DNA from: a virus
Taxonomy: Duplodnaviria > Heunggongvirae > Uroviricota > Caudoviricetes
Direction: 5' to 3' (one strand)
DNA length: 64,000 nt
IMG/VR virus record: IMGVR_UViG_3300020576_001396
Coordinates: 1-64,000 of that record
Shown: in pieces, positions 47,510-59,500 of the stretch
Layout of the letters: each line of letters starts with the position of its first letter
Position numbering within the stretch: the stretch's first letter is position 1
Made by a program: the position numbers and the translations under genes
The notes under the pieces: model-generated
What the model was told of the DNA's origin: nothing
Seen by the model: only the letters and a program-made list of their open reading frames with translations
Databases searched by the model: none

Positions 47510-50500
47510 CTAGATATTACAGTGTTTATAATTATCATTTGTTTCATCTATCTTCTGCTGTGTAAGACCGTCTACTTTTGTACCTACGGTTTCACCTGTT
47601 GTCTGACTATAGTCTTCAAGCAGTTCACCAGGTTCTAATAAATCAGACGTATCAAATATATCGTCTTCGCCTATAGGAACTGCTACTTGTGAGTTTAACA
47701 TACTCATAGGTTGGAATGAACGAAAGTCATATACTACTCTATCTGTACCCTTCTCTGTTCCTATTGAATCAGGATCAAAATCACCAGGTAAATCCTTAGT
47801 ATCATTACCTTCAATAACGCTTCTCTCCTGACCAAACTCAACTACCTTCTTACCAGCCTCCCAGTATCCTTTCTTCTTGGATATAACATATACAGGTTCT
47901 ACTACACCGTCTTTGGTTATGTAACCCATATACTTATAAAGTATAGGTTTCTGACCGCTTTCACCAACAAGTTTTACAAATGGTTTAAATACTCTTTCAC
48001 CAAAAGTGTTGTATCCTATGTGCAGGTTTTCTATAGTTGTCTTAAAACGTATGCTTATTTGCATAGGATACTTCTCTCCCCAACGTTCACCGTTTGGTTT
48101 ACGACTTTCCCCAACATCCGTGTGACTTACTCTAGGCACCATATCATCGTCATCCCAAGCATTCTGGAATATGTCGTCATGTACTGATTCAAGTAAAGCG
48201 TAGTTGTTAACGTCGTTAAACTGTACACGCATGTTCTTCATATACTTAGAAAATCCAATCTCTTTAAGATATACGGGGGGTACATAGTTGTATATAGAGT
48301 ATATTGACCTACTAAAACCTGAAGTAAAGAACGAGTATGTAACTAAATCTTTAGCAAAATCAGAAACGTCTTTATTATCCGATGCTATTAACTCAGCCCA
48401 CCCATCAATTATACGGTCTTTAGCCCATTTTGTTTTAACATCTGTGGCTGTAAAAGTTATAATTATATCTGGAATACCAGGTCTAAACGACATAGAAGGT
48501 TGTAATAATTTGATAAAAGGATTATCAGAATACAACTTATTGTTTTTAATCTTATTAAGTCTAGCTACCATAGTGTTATCACCATACAACATACTGCTAA
48601 GTGTATCAGGCTTTACACCCATGTTGTTTACCATAAATCTACCTACTATACCTGAGAATATATCGTCGTTTATAGAGTTAAGTATGTACAGTCCTTCTTG
48701 AGTTACATTATCGGCTTCACCTATCTCTTCCATGATACGATCGCTAAGAGCTGTTACACAATCACTAGCCATAACTGTGGTATCCTTGAATATAGACTGA
48801 CCAAGCTGTACACTGTTCTTATAGTAGTTACCTATGAATGTCATGTCAAACAGTTTATCCATGTTCTTAATGACATTATCTTTCAGTACCTTGTTTACAA
48901 GCTTTGTAAATCTACGTAGTTCAGATATGTTATTACCAAAACGTTTTGTATCAACTGTAGTGGCTTCTACTGCTTGAAACAAGTATTTACCTATATCATT
49001 TAGTTCAGCAAACTTTTCAAGTATTTGAAGTTGTCTTGCATAGAAGGCAGCGTCTTGGTTTGTATTTTCATTAATGTCTTTCTTCAGACGATCGTTATCG
49101 AATATTTCGTCATCGGATTTAACTTTCTTTTTAAGCTTTTCAGCTACAGTAGCGTTCCACAGTAACTTCTTATATTTACTAGTAATGTAATTAAGAGGTT
49201 TCTGATCAATAGCTCTAAGTTTTCCTTTGTAGTTATTCTTAGCTAATGCGTATTCTTTTAATATAGGCTGAGCAAGGAATAAGAACGCCTGTTCACCTGC
49301 ACCTGCACGCACCAGTAATTCCCCCACGCTGTAGGTAGCGTCGTTTACGTTCAAGCTGAAGATATAAGCATCTTTAGCTATATCCACGTGGGCGTTAATC
49401 AATGCTGAAAGCCAGTCAAGTATAGACTCCCTGTCTTTACCTACCTTACCTGACAAATCTGTTACCATACCATCTTCAGTCTCCATAGTATTACCTACAC
49501 CTATATAGGTTCCAAGATGTATACCAGCTATCTGACCTAAGATATGATGTACGTTAGCTCTAGCAAAAGGACCAATACCCTTCTTACCCCAAAGATACTT
49601 GTGTTTTACTTCACCTTGATATATATATGAAGCTGTATGTAGTGAAGGATAATTTCTAGAATGGCCTTCCAATTCTGATACTTTAGATGCTAAGTCTTTC
49701 AGTAATCCTGTAGCTGCATCAAGAGGCATGTAGTTATCTATGATATGATCGTTAGCTGTGAGTACTGAGAAGTATGAGTCTATTAATCTATTCTCAATAG
49801 CAGCCTTGGTATTCTGTTTCATTATAGACCAATCAAGGAAGTCTATAGCGTTATCGCTTATCCAGTTTAATCTCTCTTCCTCTATAGCCTCGTCAAGCTT
49901 TTTGCTCATCTTAGCTATCTCATCACTAAGGTTTCCAACCATACTAGCAATAGCCTTAGACTGCATGTTAACCATCTTGATGTATTCTGGAGACTTTGTA
50001 TCAATGTCTGACTCGTCAACCATCATACTTTCAGTATCATCTCTAAGCTTAGATAATATAGCTTTAAGTTCCTTACGCTTACCATACATTTGTTGTAGTG
50101 GAGCATACCAAGCCTTCTTCATCTGACGTGCTTTGTCAGCAATAGCTTCGTGAGAGTATGCCTCTATCCTCTTATCAACAGAGGAGTTCTCTTCTGTCAT
50201 AAACTGTACTCTAACCGGCTTACCACCTACTATTTTGTAGTTGTGCCTTATGAAGTACAACTTGTCAATGTCGAAGTCGGAACCGGTAAGTGTGGTAAAC
50301 TCTGAAGGAAGAACTACAGTAGCAGTAGAAGTCTCTGGTAAAAACCCTACAATCTTTAAAGGTACTGTAGATACAAGACCCTGTGTAGGAACCCTGTAAC
50401 CGATACCAACAAACATTGCGTTAGCATACTCAAGTCTTTCTGCATATGTCTTCTTAGCGTAGTCTGGTATAGCATTCCTGAATACTTCTATGGAAACCTT

Positions 50501-53500
50501 AGCTTCCATGTAACCATCCTTATCTATCAGTTGTAGACTATCGTCTTTCTCTGCTTTACGTAGACCGAAGTTAGCCATTTGTATCAAAGCAGTACCAGGC
50601 ATCTTCAAATCTACTGACCCTTTAGCAAGTGAGGATATCTGTGCAGACTGTACCCACTTTCTATCAGGTAAAGCATCTGTTTCAAATCTTTCACCATCAG
50701 CTTGTTTAGCAAGTGCGTCAACTAATGAATCAGGCATACCAGACATACGTGCTCTGGTACGTATAAAGTCATACAGCTTCTCTGGGTCTCTAGACATCAT
50801 AGTCTCCTTGTCAACCCCAATGATGTTTAAGAACTCATCTGTACCTCTGTCAGATAGTTCGTTCATCATTTCTTTATTCTGTTCTTTAAGCTCTTTACCA
50901 GTTAGTGTTTCATTACCAACTTTATATTTTCTATTATCGTCAATGTTCGATAAAGATACTTTTCTGAACTGTGTTTTTACTACATCCCTCAACTCATTAT
51001 GAGGCTCTGTAATAGTCTGTCTACGTAAGTACTGGAATGAAGCATTGCCTGTAGGCATGTCTTCAACATCAGAGATATTAACCAAGTCTGTGTTTGGTAC
51101 CCCATCCTCATCTGTAACATAGTACTGTATCTTAGGACCTACCCCCACCTTAACAGCCGAATCAAATAATACCATATCTATAGGGTCGCTTTCGCTAGTC
51201 ATCCTATCATACAGGTGTTGAAGCTGTGTGTCTTTTACAAGACGTGGTGTAAGTGTAGCTAAGGACATCTTATAGTACAGTGGAGAAGCTGAGTTAGGAC
51301 CCATTTCAGGGCCAAAGTAACCAAACTTCAACGGCTGCATAAACAAGTCGTCTACAATCTGCTGTTCTTTTAACGTAAGGTCTCTGTCGAGTTTAGATAA
51401 CTCGAAAGCCTCCTGCTTATCTTCAGTCCATTCACCAAGACGTATGCTTAAAGCCCTAAACATATCAGGTGTTATATAAGCCTGACCGTCAGTAGGGTCT
51501 ACTGAAGTATAGTTACTAAGAGCCTTCTCTGCACGTTTCTCTGCAGCTTCTGCTGTGTAACCATTCTTCATGTATATATTAATAAACTTCGGTAATAGGT
51601 ATTCCCTTACACTTAATGCGTCGTACTTCTGTGTAGCAAGTATAGCTGTGGTAAAATTATCGTTGTTGTGAAGCAGTCTATCGTTAGGTAGTATGCTATT
51701 AGGTATGTTAAGTCTAGATACTAATCCTGTAGAGGCAATAGCTGTATAACGTTTAATTTTATCATCAAGATTCTTATAGTAAGCAGGTGACATGAATACC
51801 ATCTTCTCTGCCTCTATAGTAGCCATTATACTATTTAACTGGAAGTTGGCAATCTTATTACGTAATGTAATATCCTGGTTACCCCCAAATTCTTTAGACT
51901 CACGTTTGATAGCGTCTATATCAAACATTTTATTTACAACAGAAGCAATCTTACCTTTCTGTTCAGATACGAGAACTATACCCTGCTTATGCATGTCACG
52001 CATCGCATCATTTATACGATCCTCAAGTACCTTCCTAACGTAACCTTTATATATACCAAGTTGTTTTACATCTTTAGTACCCAGGTCATATCCTTTACCA
52101 TTAAAGCCAGTAAAATGCTGGTACTTCAGACCGTTAGCATTCTTATAACCTTCTTCTGTTCTACCTTTAGAAGCGTCGAAATGGTAGTTCTCTTTGAGTA
52201 GATGCTCAGTACCTTTCTTCTTAGCATCAGCAATCTCCTTTTTAACCTTCTGTATCTGGTTGTACTCATCAACCGCATAGTAGAAGAATGTATCAACTAC
52301 ACTCTGTGGTAAGGTTAATTCACCAGTCTTATCATTGTACAGATAGTTAAACTTAAGTGGCTTAAGACCTGCCATTGTATATAGGTGACCCCTATCAGCA
52401 AGCTGTGGAAGTACAACAAGACCGGACTCAAACAGACCTATCTTAACCATTGTATCTTCAAGGTCACTAATATCTTTGTAAGACCTACCACGATCTCTAG
52501 CGTTAGTAACTGATAAGTATGAGAACATAACTACCTCTAGTTTCTTTCTAACGTCTGGGTCAGCAAGTTGTTTAAGATAGTAGGAATGTTCGTTATAACC
52601 TACTTTAGCTAATCTATTGTAGTTTACACCGTAATCTGGGTTATTACGTATAGCATGAAATAAGTCTGTGATGTAACTATTCTCTGACAGTAGATAGTAT
52701 GGATTACCGTCTGGTCCGAGTATAGTGTTGGTCTTCATACCTCCGTGTATCTCAACGTACGCAGGAGCTATCAAGTCTCTGAACAAGCTTTCATTCTTAA
52801 AGATGTGGTCAAGTAACATCTCACCACCTTTATTGTTTGTAACCTTACCCTGTTCTCTAAGTCTAGCAAACGAACCTGAGTTACCAAATACTGGGGCTGT
52901 CTTCTTTACAACAAGGAAAGTATACAGAGCTTTATTCCTATCAGACGAGTCTACTTTATCCAATATGTTATTAAGAGTATCCTTATCAATAGGAATAGAT
53001 ATCTTATTAAACAACGCTATTGTAGAATTGAATAGAGAATCGTAGTTAGGTATAGTACCATTATTCTTCTTATTAGTGTACTCTACTTTTACCTGATTAG
53101 AAAGTTTTGTATAATCGTGTATAACACTAGTTAAGAATGTCTTATTAGGCATACCGTTAGTAAAAGCTTCTGATAGCAGGAATGCCTGCCCCCATACAGC
53201 TGCTTGTGAAGCACCCATCTTCTGTGTCTCAGCATCAGCAATCTCAATACCAGCTTTACCAGCTTTCTTGTTTGCAAGAGCATTACGATACTTATATCTG
53301 TTCTTACGCATAGCGTGGAAGAACTGTGTTGTAAGAGTATCGAACGGGTCTGTCTCTCTGTCTGCTTTAAGTTTCGCAAGCAGGTCTTTATAAGGTATAG
53401 TAGTCTTTGTTTCTAGTGAGGCTATCATATCTTCTACGGAACCCATCTCACTTAAGTCTGTAAGAAGAGTATCAAACATAGAGTCATAGTCTACAAATTT

Positions 53501-56500
53501 ATTTAGTAAGGTTTCACTGTTAAGTTCCTCTGTTGCTCTTAATGTAGCTATTACAAGTTTAATAGCAGCCCCAGCATTGTCTCTACCATTTAATTCAAAG
53601 GCTGCCTTCTCATATCTACGGAAGTTATCCCCGTTCATATTGGTCTCATCCTCTGGATTCTCAGGTAGTATTGTACGTATACCTAATGCTTCCAACTGAC
53701 TCTTCATCAAGTCTAAGTAGATACTATAGTTGTCAACAATCTCCTGATAGAATGCTGCAAGATCATCATAGTGTCTAGCTGTAACTTTCTTAAGAGAAGC
53801 TCTAGCCTCGTCTGCCTTCTTAGTAGACCAAGCTACACGTTTCTGCATAGCCTCTCTAGCAACCATATAGTCAAGACTTCCAATGTCTTTGGTCTTAATA
53901 ACACCACTATGATTTATCATGGTGAATACTAAGTGGTTTACTATGTCAGTAAGCTGCGTTGTATTCTTAACTCTTTCTAGTTGTACGCCTTTAACTATAT
54001 GTGTATAAACATCACCACGTTTAAGTTGTTCGTACGAACTCTTTCTTGCCGTAGACCATCTTAATCTACCAGTCATACCTGAGCTCTTACCCATAACTCT
54101 AAACAAGTTGTTAACGTCCAGATTGGATATTCTTAGTTTACCTGTGAACACTGTAGCTATAAAGTCTATAAGGTCAGTAAAGAACTGTTTGATTTTACCA
54201 AACACTCCTTTAGCTCCTTCGATCTTCTCACCACGAGTTTCCATCTCACGGTAGTCTTCAGCAAGTCTTTCATTAACCTGTCTATCTGTAGCATCTTTCA
54301 TTTTGTACTTAACTCTAGCTTCAGCGTATATAGCCTGCTGCTGCTCTGGTGTTAAGTACAGTAAAGATACCCTATGGAAAGCTTCTTCATATTCAGTTCC
54401 TTTAGCTAGTTTCTTAGACAGTGTGATAGCGTCTTTCTCGAAAGTACCAAATGCCATTACGTTACCTGTTTCAGTTACTACACGTATAAGGTCTTCTTCG
54501 GTCTTGATGGTAAAACCAGGACCTAGTTTCTTACGTAGATTCTTTATAGCTTTGTCTAAGTCACCAGCTTCGTAAGGTTTACCTTCAACAACTGCGTGTG
54601 CAAAAGGGTCTACACCATCAATCTCATTTAATTCTTGTGTGTCAAGTTCTTCTAGCTTACCTAGTAATTCTTCTTTAGTTTCAGTAGTTTCCTTAGGTAG
54701 CTCAGCATATACTGGCCAGTTGAACTTATCTTTAAGTATAGTAGCAAGTCCTTTAACGTCTATCTCAGCACCGTCAAACTCCTCAAGTTTCTCACGATTC
54801 TTCTTCTTATTTGTAACAACTTTGAATACTACTTTACCAGCTCCATTGACAACAGTCTTAGCAAGTACTTCTACTTCTGTCCATTTGCTATCGTCTACTT
54901 CTCCAATAGGCTGATCGTTATCGTCAACAGCTTGTGTACCTCTAAGTCCTATAAATATCTCTGAACCTGCGGGTAGTGTAGCAAGTGTTTTTGCTTTAAG
55001 TTGTATAATCTCACCGGTATCAGTATTGGCTACAGCTTTAGCTTTTTTCTTCTCTGGTTCAGTAATCTCGTTCTTCTCAGGCTTCTTCTCAGTTTTCTTT
55101 TTCTTCTTCTCCTCTGGAGCTACAGTCTTAGTAGCACCGTAAGGATCAAACCAGAACATAGGTTTAGAGAATATAGTACCTGTAGCAGGGTCTTTAATAA
55201 GGTCTGTAAGTACCATACCATTCCTGAATAAGAAGGACTGATACGATTCACCTTTGCTACCTGTTATAGAACCTATTTTAAATGTCTGTGCGAGCTTTCC
55301 ACCAAGACCAGACTTATGATATTTATTCTCACGTTTCAATGGAACTATATAGTTCTTATTCATTGTTATGTGATCTATAAATTCATTCTCCTGTTCCTTA
55401 GTAAGTTTCTTACGTAAGTTTAATTCTTTATCCCCGAAGTATAGTATACCACCGTCTGAGTATAAAGTCTTAGAAACTAAGTGACCATGATACTGTACGT
55501 TAGTATCTTTGTTACTCTGATTAGTTATCTGTCCATCAAGAACTAGATAGTCTATAACCTCGCCTACTGTAAGACCTCCTTCAACTTCGTCTCCTTCGTA
55601 CAATGTATTCGGACCACCTTTAGAATTTACAAGTTGTTGATAAGCTTTAAGTAATATTCTAGCAGATTCCTCACTAACTTTAGCTACGTTAAGTTTGACG
55701 TTACGTGTATCACCATTAGCTGTTTCTTCTGTAGCCCATATGACGTTACCTGAAGAGGCTCTACCAGCTACTGGGTTAGGACCTTTACCATCCCATAATG
55801 TGTTTCTACCATCAGATATTGCCATAGTACCGTTATCAGCACTGTTAGTTACCTCAAGTATGTTTCTATTGGTACCTTTAGTCTGACTGATTAAACCAGC
55901 ACCCTTCTGTAGATTAGAAAGTACAACCTTCTTACCGTCCATCAAGTCCTTCATAATAGCCTTACGCTGTTCGCGTGTAGCTTTACGCTCCTCATCAATC
56001 ATTTTCTTCCTAGAGGCTTCGTACTTAACAGGGTCTACTTCAAATAATTCATATTGCTCCTCAGTTACAACTACTGTATCTTCATCCGCAAACGAACTTG
56101 TATGTAGGTACATGCCACCAAATGGCATCTTGTTACCGTTACTGTCTATAAGCGTTAGCTTGATAGGTACACGGTCTATAAGAGCTGTATAGTCCTCTTC
56201 ATTGAAACGATCTCTATAAGTCTTAGCTAAGGCTTCCCTAGTTATTACAGTACCCTTCTTCCAGTCGTCACCTTCATAGTTCTCGTCAACAGTAGCTACT
56301 AGTGTAAACCCTTTAAGATTGTTTGTAGGATTACTAAGATACTTGTCAAGGTCTGTATTGTCTTCAGCCTTATAAGCTACACCTGTAGCTGGATGAGCAC
56401 TACTGTGACTACGTTCTCTTTTTGTTCTTTCTACAGCACTGTCTAGTTCATCTTCTAGGTTCTCAGTTTCTATACCGAGTTCGTCTTTCTTATTAGTATT

Positions 56501-59500
56501 GTCGTTAGATAACTCTGGCTCCTTAGAAAGCTGTTCAGCCTTTTCGTCTACTATAGCTTCCTCGTCCTTGTTAGTCTTCTTACGACCTTTCTTCTTCTCA
56601 GGCTCAGGGTCTACCTCTTCGACATTTCTGGCATTGCCAGTTTTCTGTGTAGCTGTGTCTGTACTGGGTTGTCCATCTTGCCGTAGTGGAGTCCCTCCTG
56701 GGGTTTTAGCCACTGTTTGCTGTCCAGCTTTTTCATTCGATTCTGTTTTAACAACAGGTATCTCTGAAGTGCCGGGAGCTGTAATAATTTCTTCTTCAGT
56801 GGCGGGTCTAGTATTTCTAATAAACTCTTTAATTTCATCTTTAATTTTGTTTTTAATTGCAGTTCTTTCGTCGTTGGTTGTACGTTGTCCAGCTTCAATA
56901 TAAGACGCTGCAACCTTGTCAATAATAGAACCTAGATCATTAAGGTACAATCTAAGTATCTTGTTGTATTTAGGATTAGGCTTACCATTCTTTAATTTTG
57001 ATGGAAGCTGTCTAAAATTAATAGTTACAGACTTACCGTTATTCCAACGTTTCTTAGCTGGAAATACAAAGGTTGTCTGTGAAGCAGAGGTGTATACTAA
57101 AGGATTTTTATTTGTTTTAGTATTACTTACACTTTCATCTACAGTGTTATATAATATTTTATAACTACCATCAGGCATGTGATATACATTATACTCAATA
57201 CCGTTGCTAGGATCAGTAACAACAGCAAAATCCGACTGTAATGCTTTCTCACGTTCTTCAAGGAATGCTTCGTACGCTACCTCTCTAGCCTCGTGGAGTA
57301 ACTCTATAGTGTACGCTAACTCAGCAGCTAATACCTGACTTGTGAATGTCATAGATACACCGTTTACATCTTTAAGCGTAACATGTATCTCACCGTCTAC
57401 TTCTTCTATAGCTGAGAATAGGTCATCGTTATCAAGTACGTATCTTCTACCTTGTACTATTATACCTGTACCATCAGTATCAAGACGTATATCAAATATA
57501 GTATGTTTAAGAGGTATGATACCTAAGTCAGAAGCTTTAAGCTCGCTGAACAGTTCAGTATCTGTTGTCTTACCTATAATGTATTCTTTACCAGAATCCG
57601 TAGCTTTAAATACTACTTCATTGGTTTCTTGGTCTATGAATAAAGTACCATGCTGATTACCGTATACTACGTTAAGCTCGTCTTCCTTCAAAGGAGATTT
57701 GAATATCTCTTCCAAAGTCATAGCAGCAAGTGTACGATCTCCATATCTAGCAGCAAGTTCTTCACCTGTAGCTAACTTGAATACTTCTTCTTTAGTTTCA
57801 ACACCTGTAACTTCAGTAACATTACGGTTAGTGAGTTCATGTACTATGGACTCCTTACGAGCTTTGTTACGCTCCTCTTCGTCTACCTGAGCTTGTATCT
57901 CAGCTTCTCTAGCTTTAATCTCTTCATGTACTGTAGATGCAGGCTGTGTTACTGTACCACGCTCTTCCATCTCCTTATCTAAAGTAGCGAGATGCTCATT
58001 GATAGGAGTAGCAACAGTACCTGTAAGAACTATGTTCTTTGCAGTAGCTTCTTCAGGAGTATAAGTCTCTTCCTTACCTGTCTTTTTGTTTACAAGTATG
58101 AGCTTACCCTCCTTATCTTTACCTTGAAATGTGTACTCGTTACCATCTTTATCTCTAACAGTAACAAAGTCGTTGTCTGTACTTGTTTCAGTAGGTTTAG
58201 TTTCTGTATTAGAATCAGCTACTTCGAGTATTTTTTTCTTTTGATCGTTATATTCTTTCTGCCAATTCTTTTCGTTAAGTACTTCTTTTACTTGTTTCTC
58301 AGAAGCCTTAATCATTCCGTTAACAGCGTCTAAAGATTTCTGCAAACGTTCTACCTGATCCTTACCTAAGGCAGTTTCACCCACAGATGTAGCTTTAGTT
58401 TTAGCTATATCTAACTCTATTTCCCTAGCCTTGTCTACCCAAAACATCTGGTCTACACTAGCCATAAACTGTTTTAAAACAGCTTGGTCTTTTATAGTAT
58501 TAGCAAGATTATATAGGGCGGTGTCTTTAGCTTTATCACCTGTCTTACTTTCCTGAAAGTTATACAAACCAGCAAAGGCCTGTTGTACATTCTGAAATAA
58601 GGTTTTGTATTGCTGACCCTTAGCAATATACTGATTAGCTAACTTGTTTACTTCTTTCTCATCTATAGGCTCACCCTTAGCTTTGGAAGACTCAATCTTT
58701 TGTCTAGCATAGTTCTTCATTTCAGTAGAGAAGGCTTCTAGACCGTCTTCACTGTTCATGTAAGCATATGCTAATGAGGATACTCTTTCTTCTTCAAGCC
58801 TATCTGCCATTACTTGATTGTTTGAATTGGCAACAGCTAACATTTCTTTAGCATTAGCTTGAGTGTAGTAAGTAGCTACAAATACAGTAGCTAACTTGAA
58901 AGGGTCTACAACAGCTTCTTTTGTTTTCTCGTCAATAACTACTTGACCTTTATCATCTTTAAGATAGATGTCTTTCTTTGCAAGGTCTTTACTTACAGAG
59001 GCAATAGTATGACCTAACATAGTATGTAGGTACACATCATTCTGTCTATCTTCCTTAGCTTCTCTAACACCTGATACACCACCAGGTATCATACCTATAA
59101 TCATACCAAGGGCTATTGATTTCTGCCCCTCGTCTGTTGTCCAGTTCTTAGCCCAGTTACTAAAGATACCATCAATTTGTGAACGATCCTCTTTACCTTC
59201 AGCCTTCTTCTGCCAGTAATCCTGAACAGCTAATTGTATGTTTTCTTCCCAGGCACCTTCAGAAACCATAGACTCTGTCATGCCTTTACCAAAAGACACA
59301 GCACGTTGTGCATTGGTTATAGGTGCTACTTCAGATATAAGTCTACCATCAGGTCCAGTTATATTTTTTATACGACCAGACATTGTGTTAGCCTTACCAA
59401 AGAACATTGAGTTAGTAATGTAGTTAGGTACCATTAGTATACCCATGTTCCATAAGAATGTACCACGTGCAGCTTTAGCAGCTTCTTCTTTAGATACCCC